The notes under the pieces were generated by a model. It searched no databases. It worked only from the letters and a program-made list of their open reading frames with translations, and had not been told where the DNA came from. The position numbers and the translations under genes were made by a program. Shown piece by piece: positions 40,501 through 52,950 of a stretch of DNA of 64,000 nt. How positions within the stretch are numbered: the stretch's first letter is position 1; each line of letters starts with the position of its first letter. This DNA comes from the human T2T-CHM13v2.0 reference genome, Homo sapiens. Where the stretch lies: NCBI RefSeq assembly GCF_009914755.1, contig NC_060946.1; one strand, written 5' to 3'.

Positions 40501-43500
40501 GAAAGATCCACCTCTGTTAGCTGAGTTCACACATCACAAACAAGTTTATGAGAATGCTTCTGTCTAGTTTTTATTTGAAGATATTTCCTTTCTCACCATA
40601 GACCTGAAAGCTGTCCTAATGTTCACTTCCAGATACTACAGAAAGAGTGTTTCAAAACTGCTGTACGAAAGGGAATGTTCAACTCTGTGACTTGAATGCA
40701 CACATCACAAAGAAGTTTCTGAGGATGCTGCTGTCTACTTTTTATACGTAATCCCGTTTCCAACGAAATCCTCCAAGCTATCCAAATATCCACTTGCAGA
40801 TTCCACAGAAAGACTGTTTCAAAACTGCTCTGTCAATAGAAAGGTTCAACTCTGTTAGCTGCGTGCATATATCCCAAAGAAGATTCTGAGATTGCTTCTG
40901 TCTAGTTTTTATGGGAAGATATTTCCCTTTTCACCGTAGGCGTCAAGGCGCTCCAAATGTCCACTTCCAGATACTACAAAAAGAGTGTTTCAAACCTACT
41001 CTGTGAAAGCGAATATTCAACTCTGTGACTTTAATGCACATATCACAAAGAAGTTTCTGAGAATGCTTCTGTCGAGATTTTATATGAAGATATTCCCGTT
41101 TCCAACGAAATCCTGAAATCTATCCAAATATCCCCTCGCAGATTCTACAAAAAGAGTGTTTCAAAACTGCTCTGTAAAAAGAAAGGTTCAACTCTGTTAG
41201 TTGAGTACACACATCACAAACAAGTTTCACAGAATGCTTCTTTCTAGCTTGTAGGGGAAGATATTCCCTTTATCACCATGGTCCTCAAACCGTCCGAAAC
41301 GTCCACTTCCATATACTACAAAAAGAGCGTTTCAAACCTGCTCTAGGAAAGGCAATGTTCAACTCTGTGACTTGAATGCAGACATCACAGAGCAGTTTCT
41401 GAGAATGCTTCTGTCTAGATTTTATAGGAAGATATTCCCGTTTCCAACGAAATCTTCACAGCTATCCAAATATCCACTTGCAGATTCTACAAAAAGAGTG
41501 TATCAAAACTGCTCTGTCAAAAGGAAGGTTCTTCTCTGTTAGGTGAGTGCATACGTCATAAAGGAGTTTCTGAGAATGTTTCTGTCTAGTGGTTATGGGA
41601 AGATATTTGCTTTTTCACCGTAGGCCTCAGAGCGCTCCAAATGTCCACTTGCACATACTACAAAAAGAGTGCCTCAAAGCTGCTCTCTGAAACGGAATGT
41701 TCAACTCTATGAGTTGAATGCAAACATCACAAAGACGTTTCTGAGAATGCTTCTGTCTAGATTTGATATGAAGATATTCCCGTTTCCAACGAAATCTTCA
41801 AATCTATCCAAATGTCCACTTGCAGATTCAACAAAATGTGTTTTTCAGAACTGCTCTATCAAAAGAAAGATCCACCTCTGTTAGCTGAGTTCACACATCA
41901 CAAACAAGTTTATGAGAATGCTTCTGTCTAGTTTTTATTTGAAGATATTTCCTTTCTCACCATAGACCTGAAAGCTGTCCTAATGTTCACTTCCAGATAC
42001 TACAGAAAGAGTGTTTCAAAACTGCTGTACGAAAGGGAGTGTTCAACTCTGTGACTTGAATGCACACATCACAAAGAAGTTTCTGAGGATGCTGCTGTCT
42101 ACTTTTTATACGTAATCCCGTTTCCAACGAAATCCTCCAAGCTATCCAAATATCCACTTGCAGATTCCACAGAAAGACTGTTTCAAAACTGCTCTGTCTA
42201 TAGAAAGGTTCAACTCTGTTAGCTGCGTGCATATATCCCAAAGACGATTCTGAGATTGCTTCTGTCTAGTTTTTATGGGAAGATATTTCCCTTTTCACCG
42301 TAGGCGTCAAGGCGCTCCAAATGTCCACTTCCAGATGCTACAAAAGGAGTGTTTCAAACCTACTCTGTGAAAGGGAATATTCAACTCTGTGACTTTAATG
42401 CACATATCACAAAGAAGTTTCTGAGAATGCTTCTGTCGAGATTTTATATGAAGATATTCCCGTTTCCAACGAAATCCTGAAATCTATCCAAATATCCCCT
42501 CGCAGATTCTACAAAAAGAGTGTTTCAAAACTGCTCTGTAAAAAGAAAGGTTCAACTCTGTTAGTTGAGAACACACATCACAAACAAGTTTCACAGAATG
42601 CTTCTTTCTAGCTTGTAGGGGAAGATATTCCCTTTCTCACCATGGGCCTCCAACCGTCCGAAACGTCCACTTCCATATACTACAAAAAGAGCGTTTCAAA
42701 CCTGCTCTATGAACGGCAATGTTCAACTCTGTGACTTGAATGCAGACATCACAGAGCAGTTTCTGAGAATGCTTCTGTCTAGATTTTATAGGAAGATATT
42801 CCCGTTTCCAACGAAATCTTCACAGCTATCCAAATATCCACTTGCAGATTCTACAAAAAGAGTGTATCAAAACTGCTCTGTCAAAAGGAAGGTTCTTCTC
42901 TGTTAGGTGAGTGCATACGTCATAAAGGAGTTTCTGAGAATGTTTCTGTCTAGTGGTTATGGGAAGATATTTGCTTTTTCACCGTAGGCCTCAGAGCGCT
43001 CCAAATATCCACTTGCACATACTACAAAAAGAGTGCCTCAAAGCTGCTCTCTGAAACGGAATGTTCAACTCTATGAGTTGAATGCAAACATCACAAAGAC
43101 GTTTCTGAGAATGCTTCTGTCTAGATTTGATATGAAGATATTCCCGTTTCCAACGAAATCTTCAAATCTATCCAAATGTCCACTTGCAGATTCAACAAAA
43201 AGTGTTTTTCAGAACTGCTCTATCAAAAGAAAGATCCACCTCTGTTAGCTGAGTTCACACATCACAAACAAGTTTATGAGAATGCTTCTGTCTAGTTTTT
43301 ATTTGAAGATATTTCCTTTCTCACCATAGACCTGAAAGCTGTCCTAATGTTCACTTCCAGATACTACAGAAAGAGTGTTTCAAAACTGCTGTACGAAAGG
43401 GAATGTTCAACTCTGTGACTTGAATGCACACATCACAAAGAAGTTTCTGAGGATGCTGCTGTCTACTTTTTATACGTAATCCCGTTTCCAACGAAATCCT

Positions 43501-45460
43501 CCAAGCTATCCAAATATCCACTTGCAGATTCCACAGAAAGACTGTTTCAAAACTGCTCTGTCAATAGAAAGGTTCAACTCTGCTAGCTGCGTGCATATAT
43601 CCCAAAGAAGATTCTGAGATTGCTTCTGTCTAGTTTTTATGGGAAGATATTTCCCTTTTCACCGTAGGCGTCAAGGCGCTCCAAATGTCCACTTCCAGAT
43701 ACTACAAAAAGAGTGTTTCAAACCTACTCTGTGAAAGCGAATATTCAACTCTGTGACTTTAATGCACATATCACAAAGAAGTTTCTGAGAATGCTTCTGT
43801 CGAGATTTTATATGAAGATATTCCCGTTTCCAACGAAATCCTGAAATCTATCCAAATATCCCCTCGCAGATTCTACAAAAAGAGTGTTTCAAAACTGCTC
43901 TGTAAAAAGAAAGGTTCAACTCTGTTAGTTGAGTACACACATCACAAACAAGTTTCACAGAATGCTTCTTTCTAGCTTGTAGGGGAAGATATTCCCTTTA
44001 TCACCATGGGCCTCCAACCGTCCGAAACGTCCACTTCCATATACTACAAAAAGAGCGTTTCAAACCTGCTCTAGGAAAGGCAATGTTCAACTCTGTGACT
44101 TGAATGCAGACATCACAGAGCAGTTTCTGAGAATGCTTCTGTCTAGATTTTATAGGAAGATATTCCCGTTTCCAACGAAATCTTCACAGCTATCCAAATA
44201 TCCACTTGCAGATTCTACAAAAAGAGTGTATCAAAACTGCTCTGTCAAAAGGAAGGTTCTTCTCTGTTAGGTGAGTGCATACGTCATAAAGGAGTTTCTG
44301 AGAATGTTTCTGTCTAGTGGTTATGGGAAGATATTTGCTTTTTCACCGTAGGCCTCAGAGCGCTCCAAATATGCACTTGCACATACTACAAAAAGAGTGC
44401 CTCAAAGCTGCTCTTTGAAACGGAATGTTCAACTCTATGAGTTGAATGCAAACATCACAAAGACGTTTCTGAGAATGCTTCTGTCTAGATTTGATATGAA
44501 GATATTCCCGTTTCCAACGAAATCTTCAAATCTATCCAAATGTCCACTTGCAGATTCAACAAAAAGTGTTTTTCAGAACTGCTCTATCAAAAGAAAGATC
44601 CACCTCTGTTAGCTGAGTTCACACATCACAAACAAGTTTATGAGAATGCTTCTGTCTAGTTTTTATTTGAAGATATTTCCTTTCTCACCATAGACCTGAA
44701 AGCTGTCCTAATGTTCACTTCCAGATACTACAGAAAGAGTGTTTCAAAACTGCTGTACGAAAGGGAATGTTCAACTCTGTGACTTGAATGCACACATCAC
44801 AAAGAAGTTTCTGAGGATGCTGCTGTCTACTTTTTATACGTAATCCCGTTTCCAACGAAATCCTCCAAGCTATCCAAACATCCACTTACAGATTCCACAG
44901 AAAGACTGTTTCAAAACTGCTCTGTCAATAGAAAGGTTCAACTCTGTTAGCTGCGTGCATATATCCCAAAGAAGATTCTGAGATTGCTTCTGTCTAGTTT
45001 TTATGGGAAGATATTTCCCTTTTCACCGTAGGCGTCAAGGCGCTCCAAATGTCCACTTCCAGATACTACAAAAAGAGTGTTTCAAACCTACTCTGTGAAA
45101 GCGAATATTCAACTCTGTGACTTGAATGCACATATCACAAAGAAGTTTCTGAGAATGCTTCTGTCGAGATTTTATATGAAGATATTCCCGTTTCCAACGA
45201 AATCCTGAAATCTATCCAAATATCCCCTCGCAGATTCTACAAAAAGAGTGTTTCAAAACTGCTCTGTAAAAAGAAAGGTTCAACTCTGTTAGTTGAGTAC
45301 ACACATCACAAACAAGTTTCACAGAATGCTTCTTTCTAGCTTTTAGGGGAAGATATTCCCTTTATCACCATGGGCCTCCAACCGTCCGAAACGTCCACTT
45401 CCATATACTACAAAAAGAGCGTTTCAAACCTGCTCTAGGAAAGGCAATGTTCAACTCTGT
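34550..45460. repeat. Second tandem duplication of a 4-HOR (5456 bp) unit
   Basis: ORF pairs 36531/41987 and 37253/42709. Shared SNVs aaaggagtg, gagaacac, ctgctagc, atatgcac, cttacaga and agctttta at offset 5456. Confidence 0.92.
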
Positions 45461-47499
45461 GACTTGAATGCAGACATCACAGAGCAGTTTCTGAGAATGC
45501 TTCTGTCTAGATTTTATAGGAAGATATTCCCGTTTCCAACGAAATCTTCACAGCTATCCAAATATCCACTTGCAGATTCTAAAAAAAGAGTGTATCAAAA
45601 CTGCTCTGTCAAAAGGAAGGTTCTTCTCTGTTAGGTGAGTGCATACGTCATAAAGGAGTTTCTGAGAATGTTTCTGTCTAGTGGTTATGGGAAGATATTT
45701 GCTTTTTCACCGTAGGCCTCAGAGCGCTCCAAATATCCACTTGCACATACTACAAAAAGAGTGCCTCAAAGCTGCTCTTTGAAACGGAATGTTCAACTCT
45801 ATGAGTTGAATGCAAACATCACAAAGACGTTTCTGAGAATGCTTCTGTCTAGATTTGATATGAAGATATTCCCGTTTCCAACGAAATCTTCAAATCTATC
45901 CAAATGTCCACTTGCAGATTCAACAAAAAGTGTTTTTCAGAACTGCTCTATCAAAAGAAAGATCCACCTCTGTTAGCTGAGTTCACACATCACAAACAAG
46001 TTTATGAGAATGCTTCTGTCTAGTTTTTATTTGAAGATATTTCCTTTCTCACCATAGACCTGAAAGCTGTCCTAATGTTCACTTCCAGATACTACAGAAA
46101 GAGTGTTTCAAAACTGCTGTATGAAAGGGAATGTTCAACTCTGTGACTTGAATGCACACATCACAAAGAAGTTTCTGAGGATGCTGCTGTCTACTTTTTA
46201 TATGTAATCCCGTTTCCAACGAAATCCTCCAAGCTATCCAAATATCCACTTGCAGATTCCACAGAAAGACTGTTTCAAAACTGCTCTGTCAATAGAAAGG
46301 TTCAACTCTGTTAGCTGCGTGCATATATCCCAAAGAAGATTCTGAGATTGCTTCTGTCTAGTTTTTATGGGAAGATATTTCCCTTTTCACCGTAGGCGTC
46401 AAGGCGCTCCAAATGTCCACTTCCAGATACTACAAAAAGAGTGTTTCAAACCTACCCTGTGAAAGGGAATATTCAACTCTGTGACTTGAATGCACATATC
46501 ACAAAGAAGTTTCTGATAATGCTTCTGTCGAGATTTTATATGAAGATATTCCCGTTTCCAACGAAATCCTGAAATCTATCCAAATATCCCCTCGCAGATT
46601 CTACAAAAAGAGTGTTTCAAAACTGCTCTGTAAAAAGAAAGGTTCAACTCTGTTAGTTGAGTACACACATCACAAACAAGTTTCACAGAATGCTTCTTTC
46701 TAGCTTGTAGGGGAAGATATTCCCTTTATCACCATGGGCCTCCAACCGTCCGAAACATCCACTTCCATATACTACAAAAAGAGCGTTTCAAACCTGCTCT
46801 ATGAAAGGCAATGTTCAACTCTGTGACTTGAATGCAGACATCACAGAGCAGTTTCTGAGAATGCTTCTGTCTAGATTTTATAGGAAGATATTCCCGTTTC
46901 CAACGAAATCTTCACAGCTATCCAAATATCCACTTGCAGATTCTACAAAAAGAGTGTATCAAAACTGCTCTGTCAAAAGGAAGGTTCTTCTCTGTTAGGT
47001 GAGTGCATACGTCATAAAGGAGTTTCTGAGAATGTTTCTGTCTAGTGGTTATGGGAAGATATTTGCTTTTTCACCGTAGGCCTCAGAGCGCTCCAAATAT
47101 CCACTTGCACATACTACAAAAAGAGTGCCTCAAAGCTGCTCTCTGAAACGGAATGTTCAACTCTATGAGTTGAATGCAAACATCACAAAGACGTTTCTGA
47201 GAATGCTTCTGTCTAGATTTGATATGAAGATATTCCCGTTTCCAACGAAATCTTCAAATCTATCCAAATGTCCACTTGCAGATTCAACAAAAAGTGTTTT
47301 TCAGAACTGCTCTATCAAAAGAAAGATCCACCTCTGTTAGCTGAGTTCACACATCACAAACAAGTTTATGAGAATGCTTCTGTCTAGTTTTTATTTGAAG
47401 ATATTTCCTTTCTCACCATAGACCTGAAAGCTGTCCTAATGTTCACTTCCAGATACTACAGAAAGAGTGTTTCAAAACTGCTGTACGAAAGGGAATGTT

Positions 47500-50400
47500 C
47501 AACTCTGTGACTTGAATGCACACATCACAAAGAAGTTTCTGAGGATGCTGCTGTCTACTTTTTATACGTAATCCCGTTTCCAACGAAATCCTCCAAGCTA
47601 TCCAAATATCCACTTGCAGATTCCACAGAAAGACTGTTTCAAAACTGCTCTGTCAATAGAAAGGTTCAACTCTGTTAGCTGCGTGCATATATCCCAAAGA
47701 AGATTCTGAGATTGCTTCTGTCTAGTTTTTATGGGAAGATATTTCCCTTTCCACCGTAGGCGTCAAGGCGCTCCAAATGTCCACTTCCAGATACTACAAA
47801 AAGAGTGTTTCAAACCTACTCTGTGAAAGCGAATATTCAACTCTGTGACTTGAATGCACATATCACAAAGAAGTTTCTGAGAATGCTTCTGTCGAGATTT
47901 TATATGAAGATATTCCCGTTTCCAACGAAATCCTGAAATCTATCCAAATATCCCCTCGCAGATTCTACAAAATGAGTGTTTCAAAACTGCTCTGTAAAAA
48001 GAAAGGTTCAACTCTGTTACTTGAGTACACACATCACAAACAAGTTTCACAGAATGCTTCTTTCTAGCTTGTAGGGGAAGATATTCCCTTTATCACCATG
48101 GTCCTCAAACCGTCCGAAACGTCCACTTCCATATACTACCAAAAGAGCGTTTCAAACCTGCTCTAGGAAAGGCAATGTTCAACTCTGTGACTTGAATGCA
48201 GACATCACAGAGCAGTTTCTGAGAATGCTTCTGTCTAGATTTTATAGGAAGATATTCCCGTTTCCAACGAAATCTTCACAGCTATCCAAATATCCACTTG
48301 CAGATTCTACAAAAAGAGTGTATCAAAACTGCTCTGTCAAAAGGAAGGTTCTTCTCTGTTAGGTGAGTGCATACGTCATAAAGGAGTTTCTGAGAATGTT
48401 TCTGTCTAGTGGTTATGGGAAGATATTTGCTTTTTCACCGTAGGCCTCAGAGCGCTCCAAATATCCACTTGCACATACTACAAAAAGAGTGCCTCAAAGC
48501 TGCTCTCTGAAACGGAATGTTCAACTCTATGAGTTGAATGCAAACATCACAAAGACGTTTCTGAGAATGCTTCTGTCTAGATTTGATATGAAGATATTCC
48601 CGTTTCCAACGAAATCTTCAAATCTATCCAAATGTCCACTTGCATAATCAACAAAAAGTGTTTTTCAGAACTGCTCTATCAAAAGAAAGATCCACCTCTG
48701 TTAGCTGAGTTCACACATCACAAACAAGTTTATGAGAATGCTTCTGTCTAGTTTTTATTTGAAGATATTTCCTTTCTCACCATAGACCTGAAAGCTGTCC
48801 TAATGTTCACTTCCAGATACTACAGAAAGAGTGTTTCAAAACTGCTGTACGAAAGGGAATGTTCAACTCTGTGACTTGAATGCACACATCACAAAGAAGT
48901 TTCTGAGGATGCTGCTGTCTACTTTTTATACGTAATCCCGTTTCCAACGAAATCCTCCAAGCTATCCAAATATCCACTTGCAGATTCCACAGAAAGACTG
49001 TTTCAAAACTGCTCTGTCAATAGAAAGGTTCAACTCTGTTAGCTGCGTGCATATATCCCAAAGAAGATTCTGAGATTGCTTCTGTCTAGTTTTTATGGGA
49101 AGATATTTCCCTTTTCACCGTAGGCGTCAAGGCGCTCCAAATGTCCACTTCCAGATACTACAAAAAGAGTGTTTCAAACCTACTCTGTGAAAGCGAATAT
49201 TCAACTCTGTGACTTTAATGCACATATCACAAAGAAGTTTCTGAGAATGCTTCTGTCGAGATTTTATATGAAGATATTCCCGTTTCCAACGAAATCCTGA
49301 AATCTATCCAAATATCCCCTCGCAGATTCTACAAAAAGAGTGTTTCAAAACTGCTCTGTAAAAAGAAAGGTTCAACTCTGTTAGTTGAGTACACACATCA
49401 CAAACAAGTTTCACAGAATGCTTCTTTCTAGCTTGTAGGGGAAGATATTCCCTTTCTCACCATGGGCCTCCAACCGTCCGAAACATCCACTTCCATATAC
49501 TACAAAAAGAGCGTTTCAAACCTGCTCTATGAAAGGCAATGTTCAACTCTGTGACTTGAATGCAGACATCACAGAGCAGTTTCTGAGAATGCTTCTGTCT
49601 AGATTTTATAGGAAGATATTCCCGTTTCCAACGAAATCTTCACAGCTATCCAAATATCCACTTGCAGATTCTACAAAAAGAGTGTATCAAAACTGCTCTG
49701 TCAAAAGGAAGGTTCTTCTCTGTTAGGTGAGTGCATACGTCATAAAGGAGTTTCTGAGAATGTTTCTGTCTAGTGGTTATGGGAAGATATTTGCTTTTTC
49801 ACCGTAGGCCTCAGAGCGCTCCAAATATCCCCTTGCACATACTACAAAAAGAGTGCCTCAAAGCTGCTCTCTGAAACGGAATGTTCAACTCTATGAGTTG
49901 AATGCAAACATCACAAAGACGTTTCTGAGAATGCTTCTGTCTAGATTTGATATGAAGATATTCCCGTTTCCAACGAAATCTTCAAATCTATCCAAATGTC
50001 CACTTGCAGATTCAACAAAAAGTGTTTTTCAGAACTGCTCTATCAAAAGAAAGATCCACCTCTGTTAGCTGAGTTCACACATCACAAACAAGTTTATGAG
50101 AATGCTTCTGTCTAGTTTTTATTTGAAGATATTTCCTTTCTCACCATAGACCTGAAAGCTGTCCTAATGTTCACTTCCAGATACTACAGAAAGAGTGTTT
50201 CAAAACTGCTGTACGAAAGGGAATGTTCAACTCTGTGACTTGAATGCACACATCACAAAGAAGTTTCTGAGGATGCTGCTGTCTACTTTTTATACGTAAT
50301 CCCGTTTCCAACGAAATCCTCCAAGCTATCCAAATATCCACTTGCAGATTCCACAGAAAGACTGTTTCAAAACTGCTCTGTCAATAGAAAGGTTCAACTC

Positions 50401-52950
50401 TGTTAGCTGCGTGCATATATCCCAAAGAAGATTCTGAGATTGCTTCTGTCTAGTTTTTATGGGAAGATATTTCCCTTTTCACCGTAGGCGTCAAGGCGCT
50501 CCAAATGTCCACTTCCAGATACTACAAAAAGAGTGTTTCAAACCTACTCTGTGAAAGCGAATATTCAACTCTGTGACTTGAATGCACATATCACAAAGAA
50601 GTTTCTGAGAATGCTTCTGTCGAGATTTTATATGAAGATATTCCCGTTTCCAACGAAATCCTGAAATCTATCCAAATATCCCCTCGCAGATTCTACAAAA
50701 TGAGTGTTTCAAAACTGCTCTGTAAAAAGAAAGGTTCAACTCTGTTACTTGAGTACACACATCACAAACAAGTTTCACAGAATGCTTCTTTCTAGCTTGT
50801 AGGGGAAGATATTCCCTTTATCACCATGGTCCTCAAACCGTCCGAAACGTCCACTTCCATATACTACAAAAAGAGCGTTTCAAACCTGCTCTAGGAAAGG
50901 CAATGTTCAACTCTGTGACTTGAATGCAGACATCACAGAGCAGTTTCTGAGAATGCTTCTGTCTAGATTTTATAGGAAGATATTCCCGTTTCCAACGAAA
51001 TCTTCACAGCTATCCAAATATCCACTTGCAGATTCTACAAAAAGAGTGTATCAAAACTGCTCTGTCAAAAGGAAGGTTCTTCTCTGTTAGGTGAGTGCAT
51101 ACGTCATAAAGGAGTTTCTGAGAATGTTTCTGTCTAGTGGTTATGGGAAGATATTTGCTTTTTCACCGTAGGCCTCAGAGCGCTCCAAATATCCACTTGC
51201 ACATACTACAAAAAGAGTGCCTCAAAGCTGCTCTCTGAAACGGAATGTTCAACTCTATGAGTTGAATGCAAACATCACAAAGACGTTTCTGAGAATGCTT
51301 CTGTCTAGATTTGATATGAAGATATTCCCGTTTCCAACGAAATCTTCAAATCTATCCAAATGTCCACTTGCATAATCAACAAAAAGTGTTTTTCAGAACT
51401 GCTCTATCAAAAGAAAGATCCACCTCTGTTAGCTGAGTTCACACATCACAAACAAGTTTATGAGAATGCTTCTGTCTAGTTTTTATTTGAAGATATTTCC
51501 TTTCTCACCATAGACCTGAAAGCTGTCCTAATGTTCACTTCCAGATACTACAGAAAGAGTGTTTCAAAACTGCTGTACGAAAGGGAATGTTCAACTCTGT
51601 GACTTGAATGCACACATCACAAAGAAGTTTCTGAGGATGCTGCTGTCTACTTTTTATACGTAATCCCGTTTCCAACGAAATCCTCCAAGCTATCCAAATA
51701 TCCACTTGCAGATTCCACAGAAAGACTGTTTCAAAACTGCTCTGTCAATAGAAAGGTTCAACTCTGTTAGCTGCGTGCATATATCCCAAAGAAGATTCTG
51801 AGATTGCTTCTGTCTAGTTTTTATGGGAAGATATTTCCCTTTTCACCGTAGGCGTCAAGGCGCTCCAAATGTCCACTTCCAGATACTACAAAAAGAGTGT
51901 TTCAAACCTACTCTGTGAAAGCGAATATTCAACTCTGTGACTTGAATGCACATATCACAAAGAAGTTTCTGAGAATGCTTCTGTCGAGATTTTATATGAA
52001 GATATTCCCGTTTCCAACGAAATCCTGAAATCTATCCAAATATCCCCTCGCAGATTCTACAAAAAGAGTGTTTCAAAACTGCTCTGTAAAAAGAAAGGTT
52101 CAACTCTGTTAGTTGAGTACACACATCACAAACAAGTTTCACAGAATGCTTCTTTCTAGCTTGTAGGGGAAGATATTCCCTTTCTCACCATGGGCCTCCA
52201 ACCGTCCGAAACATCCACTTCCATATACTACAAAAAGAGCGTTTCAAAGCTGCTCTATGAAAGGCAATGTTCAACTCTGTGACTTGAATGCAGACATCAG
52301 AGAGCAGTTTCTGAGAATGCTTCTGTCTAGATTTTATAGGAAGATATTCCCGTTTCCAACGAAATCTTCACAGCTATCCAAATATCCACTTGCAGATTCT
52401 ACAAAAAGAGTGTATCAAAACTGCTCTGTCAAAAGGAAGGTTCTTCTCTGTTAGGTGAGTGCATACGTCATAAAGGAGTTTCTGAGAATGTTTCTGTCTA
52501 GTGGTTATGGGAAGATATTTGCTTTTTCACCGTAGGCCTCAGAGCGCTCCAAATATCCCCTTGCACATACTACAAAAAGAGTGCCTCAAAGCTGCTCTCT
52601 GAAACGGAATGTTCAACTCTATGAGTTGAATGCAAACATCACAAAGACGTTTCTGAGAATGCTTCTGTCTAGATTTGATATGAAGATATTCCCGTTTCCA
52701 ACGAAATCTTCAAATCTATCCAAATGTCCACTTGCAGATTCAACAAAAAGTGTTTTTCAGAACTGCTCTATCAAAAGAAAGATCCACCTCTGTTAGCTGA
52801 GTTCACACATCACAAACAAGTTTATGAGAATGCTTCTGTCTAGTTTTTATTTGAAGATATTTCCTTTCTCACCATAGACCTGAAAGCTGTCCTAATGTTC
52901 ACTTCCAGATACTACAGAAAGAGTGTTTCAAAACTGCTGTACGAAAGGGA
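47500..52950. repeat. Tandem duplication of a 2-HOR (2728 bp) unit
   Basis: aaatgagtg (47973/50701), gttacttg, gcataatc, cctttctcac (~49456/52184) and atatccccttg (~49831/52559) are shared at offset 2728. Confidence 0.82.
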
